A DNA stretch of 62,008 nucleotides from NCBI GenBank assembly GCA_002269645.1, contig NIVC01001032.1, positions 1 to 62,008 on the forward strand, written 5' to 3'. Every line of letters begins with the position of its first letter. Position 1 is the first letter of the stretch. Position numbers and translations under genes: made by a program. Below are positions 34,812 through 51,761 of this stretch, piece after piece. This DNA comes from Macrostomum lignano. Lineage: Eukaryota. The notes under the pieces were generated by a model. The model was not told the DNA's origin. It was given only the letters and a program-made list of their open reading frames with translations, and ran no database searches.

Positions 34812-35950
34812 GCTGCAGAACAGGATGTCAATCTGCCACCATAAAATTATGTTATGATTGGTTATGTTACAAATGAAAATACAATGACCTGCATAAGATT
34901 GCTACTAGTTATAACAAATATTTTTTATATATATAATAAATTTGAAATAAAAAATAAAATCTATATAAATAAGTAAAAAGACTTTAATAATTAAAAAATT
35001 TGTTAAAACTAAAAGTAATAAATTATGATAAAGGAGCAAAATCAATATATAGTAATAGGATCTGATGCTTAATCAGGTTCATATAATTATATTGGACTAA
35101 TATTAAACTTGCTTAAACTGTTATATACATACAATGTATAAAAGGTGTGCCAGAAAATTTCTCTACAACTGAAACAAAAAACTAGCTCGTAGCAGTAGCA
35201 AAAGTCTAAGCTGCTCCCACAGAGTAAGCTTCTTCGAGTCAAATGCACTTTTCTATCTTTCCTTCTACAATAATATAATAAGCAGTTCTTGACCAAAATT
35301 TTTATTAACTTATGTGTAACCCATATTCTAAAAAAATGCAGTTTTGGGAAAGTTCTTATATTCAAAAAGGCTTTAGGCAGTCATATGCCATATATACAGT
35401 GCAGCAAAGAACACACTAAGATATTTTGTTTTACATCATTGGGGAGATTCCTCATGGAATTGATTTTATATATCTCAATTTCAATAAAGGCATGGGGTCT
35501 GTTAAACATTAGGTACATAAAAGTTTAGGATAAGGTCTAGGGGGGGATGAGCAACCAAAAGGTCAATAGTCTAAGCTGATACATACATAACAATACATAA
35601 CATAAGCTGATACATAACAATTGGGGCATGGGGAATAAGGGTTTTAGGGTAGAGGGACTTCATAAAGATTAATTTTATGTATCTAAACTTCAATAAAGGC
35701 ATGACATAAGGGTTTAATAAAGATTAGGTACATAAAATGTTGCTTTAATTAAATGAAGCCTAAATTTTAAATCAACCTAGATAAGTAAACCATATAGAAA
35801 AATATTATAGTCCTATCAAAACTAGGACTATGTATGTACACTAACTTCAAGAGGGTTGGTGACCTATAGATTAGATATATATATAAGATTATTATATAGG
35901 ATTATATAGACGAATTCATGAAATATAGTCTAGACTATTTTATATTTGTA

Positions 35951-39732
<3,782 letters not shown>

Positions 39733-40333
39733 AACCATAATAGTTTTATTATAAAAATCAATAGAAAATTGAAACATTTTTATCATTTATGTCAGACTTA
39801 CACAAGGCTTAGGCTGCTGCATGCAGCATGCTAGACATAATAGACTAGGGGGGAGGTGGCAGGTTATCTGTAAATGTTGCATTAAAAAGCAATGACAAAA
39901 TTCTATCTATGGGAATTTTTTAACATTATAGCAAATTAAAGTTTGTATAAATTATTGCTAAGAATGTAAATTTTGCATCATTCTTTTTATATGTATAATT
40001 TAAGTTTGTCTAAAATAAAAGTATTTGTAATATTTAAAAAAACTTTTCATACAAAAGCCTTTCTTAGGAAACTCTACTTGTGAAAACTGAATGACCTTTT
40101 TTAGACCAATTTTTTTGGCATACATTTAAGAGACATTTTTGCTTTTGGGGTATACTGGTGTATATTTAGCTGAGATAGGATTCTTGTTCTGGCGTACACT
40201 ACAACATCATACATGTGCAACCTCTAAAATTCGGTCAGCCGTGCGACTTAGTTTTAACAAAAATGCGACGTAGTTTTTGGCCAAAAATGCGACTTACATA
40301 TAAAAAACCCGAAAGCAAAATTAACGCAACTTT

Positions 40334-40397
40334 GGGTAAACGGCAGGAGTAACTATGACTGTTTTATTAAGCTAAAATGCCTCGTCAGCTACTTAGT
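40334..40397 (+). repeat. 28S rRNA-derived fragment (H68-H71 region), copy A
   Basis: GGGTAAACGGCAGGAGTAACTATGACT...AAATGCCTCGTCAGCTACTTAGT is collinear with conserved eukaryotic LSU sequence. Confidence 0.75.
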
Positions 40398-41189
40398 ACT
40401 ACTCTTCAGGTTATTTTTTGGGTGGGCATTTTTGCGACTTCCTTGATTGGCCGCCAAATCGGTCGGCCAGATCGGCCGACTCGGCCGACTGTTGCGCATG
40501 TATGTACAACATGATCCAGACCCTGGCTTAGACCTAATGTAGACCTCGCTGGCTTGGTCTATTTATAAATTGCAATTAAAAAAATTGTTTAATCATCCCT
40601 ACAAGCTATAAGGCTATACTATAGCCATAGTCAGGATCATGGCACGGGTACACCGGAAGAAAATTAGCACTAGAAAAATATTTTTTCTTTCCTTTTCAGT
40701 TTAAAAAAACAGTTTTAAAAAAAATAAATGTGATGCATTAGGATTCATGATATTGCAGGTGCGCCATAGTCAGGATGATGTACATTATGCCAGAAATTTC
40801 CGGTATACAATTGAAAATTTTACTTTTTGGCATATAATTGGCGTAAAAAATGAGGCAAAATATATTTGGCATACCTTTTGGCGTGATACCGTGGCGTAAA
40901 TCATAAAAACTGTAAAACTTGTAAGATGAAAGTTTATAACTATTTGTCATTTATAAAAATTTAAAATTCCATGCAAACTAATTGTGTAATTTTCTAAAAA
41001 AAGCTTAAACAAAAAATATGATGTTAACTAGTGCATTGTATTTAGTGAGTGAAGCGGGTAAAGTAGAGGTATTTATAAAGTAGGCAAAAAAGTGTAACAT
41101 GCAAAAAAGGATATTTATTGTCGCAAAGCCTAGAAAACCTGGTGTAAGTTCCTAGGACCTTGGCGTATGTTTCAGTATAAAGTGGCATA

Positions 41190-41415
41190 TACCCCATGGC
41201 ATGCAATGGCATGCCACGACACACAATTATACGCCGCACCACCGTGGGTGTGGGGCCCTGCGTGCACGCACCCTAAAAATAGGGGGGACTTTTTATTCCG
41301 GTGTATACCATGACATGATCCTGACTATGGCGGGTGCGTGCACGCAGGGCCCCACACCCACGGTGGTGCGGCGTATAATTGTGTGTCGTGGCATGCCATT
41401 GCATGCCATGGGGTA
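41190..41415. repeat. Perfect 84-bp inverted repeat with 58-bp spacer
   Basis: 41190-41273 is the reverse complement of 41332-41415. Confidence 0.92.
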
Positions 41416-42749
41416 CTTTCTCTAAACTGTGGTACGCCATGTACGCCGAAATTGGCCCAAAATTTCCCTGTGTACGCCAGAATTTTCCGAGTAAAATGCC
41501 ATCTTCCTGACTATTGTAACTATAGTAGGCCTATAGGCAATGAATTATTATAGGCAAAACTTATAGTGCATAGCATTTTATGTGCATTATAAAATAGAAA
41601 CTTCGTGTTGAAGCCATACATTACATAGAAGTTGTGTACTAGTACTTGTACGTGTTGTGTTATACTAAGTTTTAGATAGCAAAAGCGTCCTATTGGAAAA
41701 GTCGGGATCTGGGAAGACAAAAAAATTGTTGCGTAGCGTTAAAGTTTAATCTGCAGTTGCAGCACTTGTTAGTTGTAGGTAGGTACAGTCACCTGATTTC
41801 CCGTTATCTATTGATGACATGACCCGTTTTCCAACTATTGATTTAATTAATTCAGAGAAATGTACCATATTTAATTTGTTTTTATATTAAAATAACAAAT
41901 ATTTCAACTAAAATCTACGATAAGAGTCTTTAATTTAGATGCTAAACTATAAACATTAATTTTTAAAAAAAATTAACTAAATGACCTATAGGAGATTAAA
42001 CTGTTTTAAAAATAATGCATTGCGTAGGTTGCACAAGAGCGGATACACAAAAGTTGGAGAATACTCGCATTTTTGTTTGAATTAAATGGTAATTTCTTAA
42101 ATAAGAAAAATTATTTACTTCGGTTTGCATGTGCAATGAGATTCTTTTAAGACGTGCACTTATACGGCGTGCGTACTACAATGGTTCTGCGCATACATAT
42201 TGTTGTATTACACTACTGTTAAATGTGTACATGTGCATGAAATTTTTGGGTACACAGTCAGGCGTGATGTAATTACTAATTACCACCAAATATGTAAGAT
42301 GCAACCTCTAATAAGCTTGAAAATGCAATTAAAAATTACTGCAGTTTCACACAGCAGTAGCATTTTTATTAGTAGCAAATTATTAAGATCGATGCATGAT
42401 GACATGCTGACGTACCACGGGCCATCTACATGTGTCATACTCGAGAAGAAAAAAAGCAAACATTTATACTGTTCAATATACAAAGTCAGACGTTTGGTCA
42501 TTTTAATTGGTGTTCAGTGCGAAGTTTTGTAGTATAGCACCCGTAATTCGATCTTGCATCAGAATTACTGCTGCACATGTGAATTATGAAGCTATATTGA
42601 ATGCACATCTACGTGTACATGTATGCAGATCATAAGCATGTAAGAACATGTATAAACCGCGCGTACCAGGTATCAAATTAAATTAGTATCAAAAATGCCG
42701 CGCGGGCTGTTAATTTTTTCAGCATGGTGATCCTAAATTTTTGTCAACT

Positions 42750-45700
42750 CCCAGTGAAAAAAATGATATGGATTCCATGTGGATTTTTCATATGAAATCC
42801 ATATGTGCATTTGTCTCCGTCCATCCATGTGGAATCAAGATATGGATTCCACATGGAAGATCCACATGGAAGTAATTATGTATTTCACATAGAATCCACA
42901 TTGTCATTGAGTAAGCAGCCATTATACTGGTTGCCATAATAAATTGTTGCATCCTAAATCTCAAAATAATACCAGATCTCAAAATTTCATACAAACCCCA
43001 GATCTCAATACCATATAAAAGAAACTGAAACACAGATAAAACATTAGCTATAGCCAAAAATATTTCTGCACAAAAATATATTCAAAAAGGATGTATCAAT
43101 AAGTAAGGTGTATTTATGTACAGTAGTGAGTCACTAGCACACAAAGAATAAACACACTGATGTAGATATTGATATCTTTAGAGTTGCGCTGCGCATATGA
43201 TATAATATATAATTTGAAATTGACATTGTCAATAGCATTAATTAATTAACAATAATATAATGCACCAGAATTAGAACAGTCAGAAACATGCTGCTGCCAA
43301 TTGCCAGAATGCTGCTTCTTCAGGTCAGGTGAGCAACCTTAGAAAAGAAAGGGGTTAAATTACAGAATTTTATAACAGATTGATAATAGATTTTGTAATA
43401 GATTTTGATAGATTTTGATCTTATAACAGATTTTGATGACAGAAAAAATCAGTTTATAACTAAAACTTACCATTGCTTCACAAAAGGTAGCATTCGAGAT
43501 ATTAAATTCCAATTCCAAGTAGCTTTGCATGCTTCTTCAAAGGCAAGACCAAGGTGACATCCAAGTTTGAGGATGGGCCATGTAATGTTAGGCTGAAATG
43601 AAATAGAAAAATAATTGTTGCCAATTAAGATTGATAGATAATATTGATATAATTCATAAAACTAATTTAAGGATGAATACTTAATAAAGTTTATTTTAAA
43701 ATTAACTAGGCCTAAGTCCTAGGTTTATTTTTTAAGCGCAAAGTGTGCATATGCCTTTGCCAGGGGTTAGCGAAATGGGCAGCAATGCCTCCTTGCTGTT
43801 TCCGGATGCACAGAGCCCCCTGCAGCTAAGTCAAGTAAGTCAAGTGCACCCTAAATCTTAAAATTGTACCTTGAAAACTGAAATTAAAAAGTTGATACAG
43901 TTTAGGTGCGATCTCATTACCTATTTTTCTGTTGAAGCCTTATTTGCATTGCCTTTATATAAGAAAAAAAAGAAACTGCATTCTAAGCCTTAAAATCATA
44001 AAACCCTAAAAGTGAGCATAGGGTATGATTTTGCACCTTGTCTCTAGCAAAAAAGAAAACCCTACCTAAGTCAATCAATAAAATAAAATTAATAAAATTA
44101 AAATAATTAAGTATAAAAATAATTAATATATGTTTCTATAAATTTAATTTTTTATTTTAAAATTGATTTTAGACTATAAAGTATTTAGGCAAAGCAATGC
44201 ATGTTTTTCATATTTGCTGGCCTAGTATGATTAAAAGGGGGGCCGTAGCCAAGTGGTAGCGCAGCTGCTCTGGTGTGCCAGCGACCCAAGCTCGAATCCA
44301 AGTGCAGTCATATTAATTTGGGGCTGAATTGGAATCTCAGCTTGGCTCTCTGCTCATGCAATTAATGGCCTTGAGAGCCAACCCCCCAAGGCACAGTGAA
44401 GTATACATGCCTAACGATAAATAAAGCTAGGGCCGCTGTATATTCCTGTGTGAGTGTGCTTGCATACATATCCGAATACTTGTGTGCCTGCTCAGGGGAG
44501 TCGGCGGAATGGGCAGCAATGCCTCTTGCCAGTTGTGTGCCTATGTCGCTTAAAGTGCGCCAGGGTGCACACAACCCCCTGCCTCTAATAAAAAAAATAG
44601 TATAATTAAACATTAGGCCTAGGCCTAACCTAAGCCTAAATAGCTATGCCCTATGTAGGGACTTCAGTGAGTTATAAGAAGTGCGTGCCAATGGCAAAAA
44701 AGTAAGAAAAAAGTCCAATTTTTCAAGGGCGATTTTAAAGAAACTATAGAAGCCAGGATGAAAGTAAAATATGCATTTAAAAGGTAAAAAGGAGCTCTTT
44801 CAAATGACACCAACTGCAAGTCTAGCTTTGTTATACTTTTTGCACTGTCTATTTTTAAAGTTGACCATTTTTTAGGAGGAATATAAAATTGAAGCCAAAA
44901 TGAATAAAAAAACAGTGGTTCAGAAAATGCTTTTTCTTAGCTGCAATGTGTTTCTTATAATGGAAACAAAGGTTTTATAGTGTAAAGGGATAATTTAGAA
45001 ACATTTTTCTGGTGTTAAAAAAAAATTTTTTTTTCTTTTAATGCCCATATGGCTCTATGCAAAATTTCAAATCCAAAATTTTCCATGAAATCCTTTTCCT
45101 GCATTGTTTCTCTTTATATTTTTCATTACCTATTGACAATACAAGCACAGTAAAAAAAACCACTTGCCAATAGCTATAGGCGCAAAAATTTTGTGGAGGT
45201 TTCTTTTTTTGATACGTTTACATGTAAAATACCCATTGAAACGTGTATTTCGTGTTTTTTGTGAGACTCTGCCTTCCGGCAAACTAGTTCTCTGTGTCAT
45301 TTAACTAATTCTGCTATGCTGAACACGATAGGCAAAACCGTTTTTTAATAAACCCATGCGCAAAGCCTGTACAGCACATTACATTGCAGTTGGGGTGTCT
45401 GTCATGCATTAAAAATTTAGGGCAAGAAGTAGAATAGTATTATAGTAGGTAAAAACCTGAACAAAATGACACTAGCCTTGTATAAATTAAGCAAGCAGAA
45501 CAGATGCTATTGTATTTTTAAAATTGCAATCATTGCGTATCTGGTTAAAATAGTCAAAATTTCATACACCCATCCTGTTTCAATTAGCTTAGCAACTTGG
45601 GCATATAAAATAATATTAAAATATATAATTCATACAATTAACACTAAAAAACTGAACAAAATGACACCAAGCACAGTCATTTTGGTTGGCTAGAAAATTA

Positions 45701-47072
45701 ATTACAAGTGTTCAAAGACAAAAAGCCAACTTTTTGGCCAAAAATGATCACAAACCGTAATGTAAAAATTCCATTGGCTAAAGGCACAAATCGGGGTTAC
45801 TAAAATAGCTGTAGTTTCCTTATTACTCAACCAAATCACTAAAGTTTGGCCATTTTGGAAATGGGAAAGTAAGATCTATCTAGTGAAATAGCAGCCTATA
45901 ACAATTTCTGAAATTTAATTTTCTCACTGAAGTGCCTACCCTATGGCTTAAAATTAAATTCTGGACTTGGCCTAAATCAGATCAAATTTACAATAATCAT
46001 TCTTTATTTTTATTAGCAACCTTAGGGATCTGCTAGGCTAGCTATGCCAAAAGCAAGTTGCAAGTGTAATTGCAAAGAATTATTTATTATAATTAATAAT
46101 ATTGTTTTTAAAAATGCAACAAGTCCAAAAGATGCTAACAGACTTTTTTTGAAGAAAATCATAAATTAATTGATTTTTAACATATTAACTAGATTGACTA
46201 GTCACAATTCACAAAGTCAAGCTAGTCCTAACCTTAATTAAAATAGAAGGACCTAAATTGATAGTTATAGCAGGCCTAGCTTAAAATACACCTATTAAGC
46301 ATACATATAAATAGATAGGACTAATAGGTAGGACTAAGAGGAAATTATGAACTTCTAAAGGCCTATTTAAGTTAAAAAAATGAGTAGCCAATCTATGGAC
46401 ATGGCCATGGGATTCCTAGAAATTGGAGGCCTAGGCCTAAATAAATTTATCATGGATTTTACCAAAAGTATTAGGCCTATCTATGATAAAATACTGATTT
46501 ATCTAATTTCTAATCTCATGGAGGCTATGGCCTGATAAGTTATTGCCTCTAGGCTAGGTCTACTAAAATTTTTAAGGTGCTTAAATAGCCATAAACAAGG
46601 CAATTTATCTTTCAAGGCCTTGAATCAAAACATTGACGAATATAAAATAAAATAAATTTAATTTTAAAAAGCACGAAGCGTTTTTTATTGTTCACTTCTA
46701 TTTTGTCTATTTTAACAAACAGTGTCTTATTTGCCGATTATAATTTAGCTTTAAGATATTAATTTTTACTTAAAAACATATAAATATAATAATTAATTAT
46801 AGTAATTTCCTAAAAATGTCTGAATGTGGTGTATCACAGTTTTTTACCGAAGTGGATTCCATGTTGAATCAATATACGCTTATTTCTCATGAATTCCTTG
46901 TAAAATCCACATCAACATTAGGACAGTAAAAATAAAAAAATAATGCATAAAAAATACTTTGCATACCATTATGTCATCTTTAAGTTAATAATTTGCAAAA
47001 AATAAAGAAACATTTAAATTCCACATGGCCACGTGGAACCCACGTGGAATCCATGTATCATTTTTCACTGGG
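42750..47072. mobile_element. 4.3-kb TIR DNA transposon with CCC...GGG ends and a 2-bp CT TSD (CMC/EnSpm-like)
   Basis: cccagtgaaaaaaatgatatggattccatgtgg vs ccacgtggaatccatgtatcatttttcactggg; ct on both flanks; subterminal (a)tccacatgg repeats. Confidence 0.75.
44237..44598 (+). mobile_element. tRNA-derived SINE with A-rich tail
   Basis: A-box tagccaagtgg, B-box gctcgaatcc, ends aataaaaaaaa; nested in the 4.3-kb element. Confidence 0.7.
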
Positions 47073-47920
47073 CTACCATGTTGCATGTATACAGTAGTAC
47101 GTACAGTTAAATGCTGTTCAAATGCAGGATCTCATGCATGCTTTCGACGCAATAAAGGTAAATTTACCGGTACTTAACTTGAACTTGTAAGCGAATGTAA
47201 ACAGAATGCGCGATCGTCAAAGCTGTCAAAATTTACATATATCAGAATTCGGAAAAATTACCTTTGAGGCTCGAGTTTAAGTAGAAGGAGAAACTATACG
47301 TACGTTTCTTGGAAAATTTTCAGTAAAAAGTAGAGTAAAAAAGTAAATAAAGTATGAGAATGAGCTAGACATATGCACAATGTATGAGATTCAGTAAAAG
47401 TGCATTGAGAGTAATATGAAATCCTCCATCTCACCTGAGAACTCATGAGTATGTGTGAAATAGTCTAGTACGTGATGCATCATGCGCCGCCTCATCTGAT
47501 CCCACTGTCAAATTGCGGATCCTCTTTTTGGAAACTTGCGGAAGTAAGGATCAGAGAACCGCGGCTTGGGTAGCACACAGAATTTAGTTGCTAGCCCAAT
47601 TTGACCCAGCCTTACCTAAACTAGCTCGGGAAACGGAAAAAGCAGACAGGAATGGAAATGGAGACAGGAATAGCGCGATCGCAAAGCTATAACTGCAGGT
47701 GTTAAAAAACCAAATCACAATGCCCAGCACAACCAACCCTATTCCTTCGTGTCTCGCCCAGGCCTCTGCAAATCTCAAGGAAGCGTTGTGTTCAGAAGAA
47801 AACACCTTGTAACCATTGGAAACCAGAAATATGAAAACTTTTCTATAAAATTTTAAAGATTCAGTTAACAGGCGAGCGAAGCTTGAAGATATTTTTCTAT
47901 TGAAATTCCCTCAAACTGAC

Positions 47921-48676
47921 ATGGAAACTACGCTTGTTTTTTGGATTTTAGCCTGTGTGCTGATGGTTCAACAGGCTGTTTTACTGCAAGCTCAATTCTG
48001 CCCAGCTCCGTTCAGCCTCGAGGCCGGCAAATGCGTGTTCGTGAGCACAGCTCAAAGCCAAACCTGGTGCTCTGCTAATGAGAAGTGCAAGTCAATAGGA
48101 GGCGAGCTGCTCAACTCGTACAGCTCACTGCAGCAACTCGGCAACATGCCGAGTCTCGACTGCGGCTGCAACATCTGGCTGGGTGTGACCGACCTGGCTG
48201 ATGAGAGAAACTCGAACAAGTTAGGCTGGAAAAGAATCAATGGCAAAGGAGCGCTGTCGCTAGATGACTCTCATTAGACTTTATCTGATCCCGACAACTC
48301 TGGCGGCAATCAAGACTGTGTGGCGCAGTCGGATGACTTCTACGGAAGACTTGTTGACCATAAATGCTTGGATTTGCACGGATTCGTCTGCGAGTTCGTG
48401 GCAGATGCAGCTCCGCCCCAGCATCTCGCCGAAGCCCCGTGGAAGCGAACTCCGTTCAAGCGCACCAGCTACAACCCCAGCACGGAGTACTGCCACACTG
48501 ACCTGATGCAGGTGAAGAACTCAATGCACTGCGTGGCGGCCGGCATGCGTGCTGGCAACTGCAGACACGTGCTGTACAACAGCAAGCTGAAAACCTGCCG
48601 TCTGCTGCTGTTCACCGACGCTCAGGTGGAGGAGGAGATCGAGACGAGCGCCGACTGGGTGAAGTTCAGCGTGTAA
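47921..48676 (+). pseudogene. Secreted C-type lectin + PAN/apple protein, intronless, in-frame TAG at 48275-48277
   Basis: Signal peptide; CPAPF...C, TWCSANEKC, IWLGVTD, DPDNSGGNQDC...DHKC...FVCE; then YCH...HC...C...YNSKLKTC (PAN). Both ORF halves are in the same frame. Confidence 0.8.
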
Positions 48677-48958
48677 TGAATAAGAAGACACTTATAGCTC
48701 GTCATTGTGCACAGCAGTCAAACAGTGTACAATGAGATCGGGAAAGAGAAAGGTTCAATGAATATAGTACATACATGTATATGTTACCAGATAGCTTTTT
48801 GGGCAGAAATGCGAGGTTCCGCGAGGGCACTTAACGCCGCCCTCTAACGGTGCCCTCCCATTTCTGTATACTAGGAGGACTGAATATTTGTATTGTTAGT
48901 AGGCTTTTACCATAGATATAATTCCCGCTGCTAGTGGGGGTGCGGAGGGCAGAGCCAT

Positions 48959-49244
48959 GGAGTTCTAAAATTAGCAATCTGGCACGGAAACGAGTTTTAC
49001 CTCACGAGGCCCCAATTGTAAAGAATAAGGAGCCAGCTAGCACTGAATGTCTATGGCTCTGTCTGACTCTGTCTATGCAAGGAGTTCTAAGAGTTTTTCA
49101 CTTTTACCCCATGAGGCCAGACTAGCATGGACAGAGTCCGACAGAGCCATAGAAATTCAGTGCTGGCTCCTTATCTTAACAATTTGCGTGGCCTCTCATG
49201 AGGTAAAACTCGTTTCCACTCCAGGTTGCTAATTATAGAACTCC
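48959..49244. mobile_element. Palindromic MITE (~285 bp, ~120-bp imperfect arms)
   Basis: ggagttctaaaattagcaatctgg...gaaacgagttttacctca vs tgaggtaaaactcgtttcc...ttgctaattatagaactcc. Confidence 0.75.
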
Positions 49245-49897
49245 TTGGGAAGAGCGTTCTTTGGGGCTGTGGGGTTATAACCGTAGACAATTTTTTTCAT
49301 CAAGTTGCCACATATTTGAAGGGAAAACATCCAGGCAAATTTAGCGGGCAAATAAAGCCATATACATAGATAATGAAGAAGATTTTCGTGTTAAAAGGAA
49401 CGTAAACGATAAAAATTTTAACACGATTTTTTTGTTAATTAATTAAATAATCTCTGATAGTTTTTAATGAGTATACATGTATATCGTAATGACCATGAAT
49501 ATTATATCTCTGCAATCGCAATTAAGGAACATATTAGCTTGCACTTTTAATATCTGAACAAAGACCTAGCACTCTGGCAAGTATAGAATCTCTCTAAAGT
49601 ACAAAACTAAAATTTTCCTATGTGTAGAAAATTAGTTACAAGTAAATATAAACAAGTAGTTGCCCCCTACTTCCTGTCCTCATGCAACTAAATTGAATGC
49701 AGATAAAACGACAAACAGCACGATTAAAAATAGTTACAATCCTTTGGTAGAATTCAAACCCTTTTATCGACGCCACAACTTTCTGTTAATAACTTATTAC
49801 CCAACGTTTTTATCACAATCCAACGAAAATAGACTGTTTTTTATACATTTACGAGCGTCGTATACATGTATGTATTATAATTACCCTATTAAATATA

Positions 49898-50761
49898 CCT
49901 TTTTGCGATCTAGTTTGCCAAAACTGCAATCAATTTTTCCCGCGGAAAATATCACTTATAATTTTGCTGTCTATGCCAAGTCTGCTCAAGTATGTCAAAC
50001 AGATCTAGACAACTCTGAAAACTGCAATCAATTTTGCCAAAACTGCGACCTAGTTTGCCCATAGCAAAGAAAACACCACAGACATACATAGCAAGATCAA
50101 AGAATTGCCCAGCGTGGACCTTATAACAGGATTTCAGCGAAGGACCGGCAGCGATTGATCCAAGCCTATCATGATCAGGATGGAGAGGACTGGCAAGATT
50201 TCGGTAGGCTGTTGGGCATCTCACGAAGAACCGTGACTTACATAGTTGGACAATTCAACGCAACCGGTCGTATAGAGCTTCTGCCTCGCGGAGGTCCCTT
50301 AACAATGCTATGATTGAGAGCATTTGTGCCCACAGAATCTGTGTTTGTGCCTACGTCTACCATTATTGTACCATGACCTTTGTGCCCGCTGGGCACTTAT
50401 TCTTGCCTTTTAATGCCATAGACTACATTTAAGCCCGCTTGCAGGAGTCAAACTTACTTTAATGCAAATTAGCGAGCAGTTAATGACATTTAAGGCCCGA
50501 TTGTCTATTTCAAACTTACTCTAATGCAAATTAGCGGGCAGTTAATGTCATTAATTGCCCGCTAATTTTGTCCCACTTTGTCAAGGACACAAATGTCTAT
50601 GGCACAATAATAGTAATAATGTACTATTATAAACTCGCTGTTTATTGTTCACTGTTACAGTTTATTTCGTCACACTTCCGAATTGATTCTCAATAAAAAT
50701 TCTTCTTGGCTTGCCATGGTCAAACTAGGTCGCAGTTTTGGCAAACTAGATCGCAAAAAGG
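49898..50761 (+). mobile_element. Internally deleted Tc1/mariner-like element with transposase HTH remnant (50101-50313)
   Basis: TA|CCTTTTTGCGATCTAGTTTGCCAAAACTGC ... GCAGTTTTGGCAAACTAGATCGCAAAAAGG|TA. Translation RGPYNRISAKDRQRLIQAY...RLLGISRRTVTYIV...TGRIELLPRGG (paired-like HTH plus RGG). Confidence 0.8.
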
Positions 50762-51099
50762 TATCTATATTAACACACAACTATTATTCCTACTATTAAC
50801 ATTCCCTCTATACTAATTCATTAATAAAGCCGAACTTGCAACAACTTCTATTCGAGCTGAAAGCAATAAACTTCGTGCATTATAATACTTCAGTAATTTC
50901 AAGTGCTGTAGGCACCCTGCTAGCGCAAAGCCTTTGGCGACATTGGTCCCACAACATTAGCGCTGAGACAAATCTGCCCATTCCGCAGACTCCAGAGCAT
51001 ACACAAGCGCGCTAATACTGTGCGCAGGCACGCACTCATCCATGTACACACGACAAACCCTACCTAGTCAATTTTTGTACACACAGGCCCCAAATGAAT

Positions 51100-51165
51100 G
51101 TGGCGGAATCGAACTCAGGAGTCGTGATGCGAGTCAGACGCGTTTTACCGCTGAGCTGCTTACCT
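51100..51165 (-). mobile_element. tRNA-like SINE head or tRNA pseudogene
   Basis: Minus strand agctcagcggt (A-box) ... gagttcgattcc (B-box); no intact cloverleaf. Confidence 0.5.
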
Positions 51166-51608
51166 GCCCGCGGCTTCTTGCTTAATTTATTATATCCCTG
51201 TTGACAACTATTTTGTCTTAGATTTTGCACGTGTCTAAACAGAATCAGTGATTAGTCTATCGAGATATGTATTAACATTTAGATTGACCGCGGGTAGCTA
51301 TCTGAAATAGATATGACATATCTGATGTAGCAATACAATGTACACACAATACAAGGTTTAGGGACATGTACATTAGCAACAACGCGAGCCTGACTTTCGC
51401 GTCAATGATGGCTTCTGGGCTTGTCGTGAGAGCTCAAAGACTACTCAAGAAGTAGGACGGGAAACTACGTTTCTTGGAAAATTTTAGGGGCAGGTTTTTC
51501 GAGGTAAAGAATACTTGTACATTACGGCGTACATTATATACATTATGTATATACATTATACACCCCCGTATACGGAGATAGTTTTTACTTTTTTAGCACA
51601 CAAATTAC

Positions 51609-51761
51609 TATTGCCTTTGATAGGAGGAGGCAGACCCAATGTTCATCTTTTATTTTAATATGCCTCGGCTTTCGTATAGCTCTATATGATCAATAGAGCA
51701 ATAAGAAAGGCACAACATATCAAAAGATGAACATTGGGTCTGCCGTCTATTAATGGCAATA
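51609..51761. mobile_element. Short MITE-like inverted repeat
   Basis: ggcagacccaatgttcatcttt (51629-51650) vs aaagatgaacattgggtctgcc (51723-51744). Confidence 0.65.

Noticed and set aside
40334-40397. Functional rRNA gene
   Set aside because: Only ~64 nt with helix 69/71 pairing disrupted; no flanking rDNA
48275-48277. Reassigned TAG codon or alternative genetic code (also TAGs at 7144 and 7159)
   Set aside because: Long genes here have no in-frame TAG and VFT copy 2 ends in TAG; isolated mutations or errors are simpler
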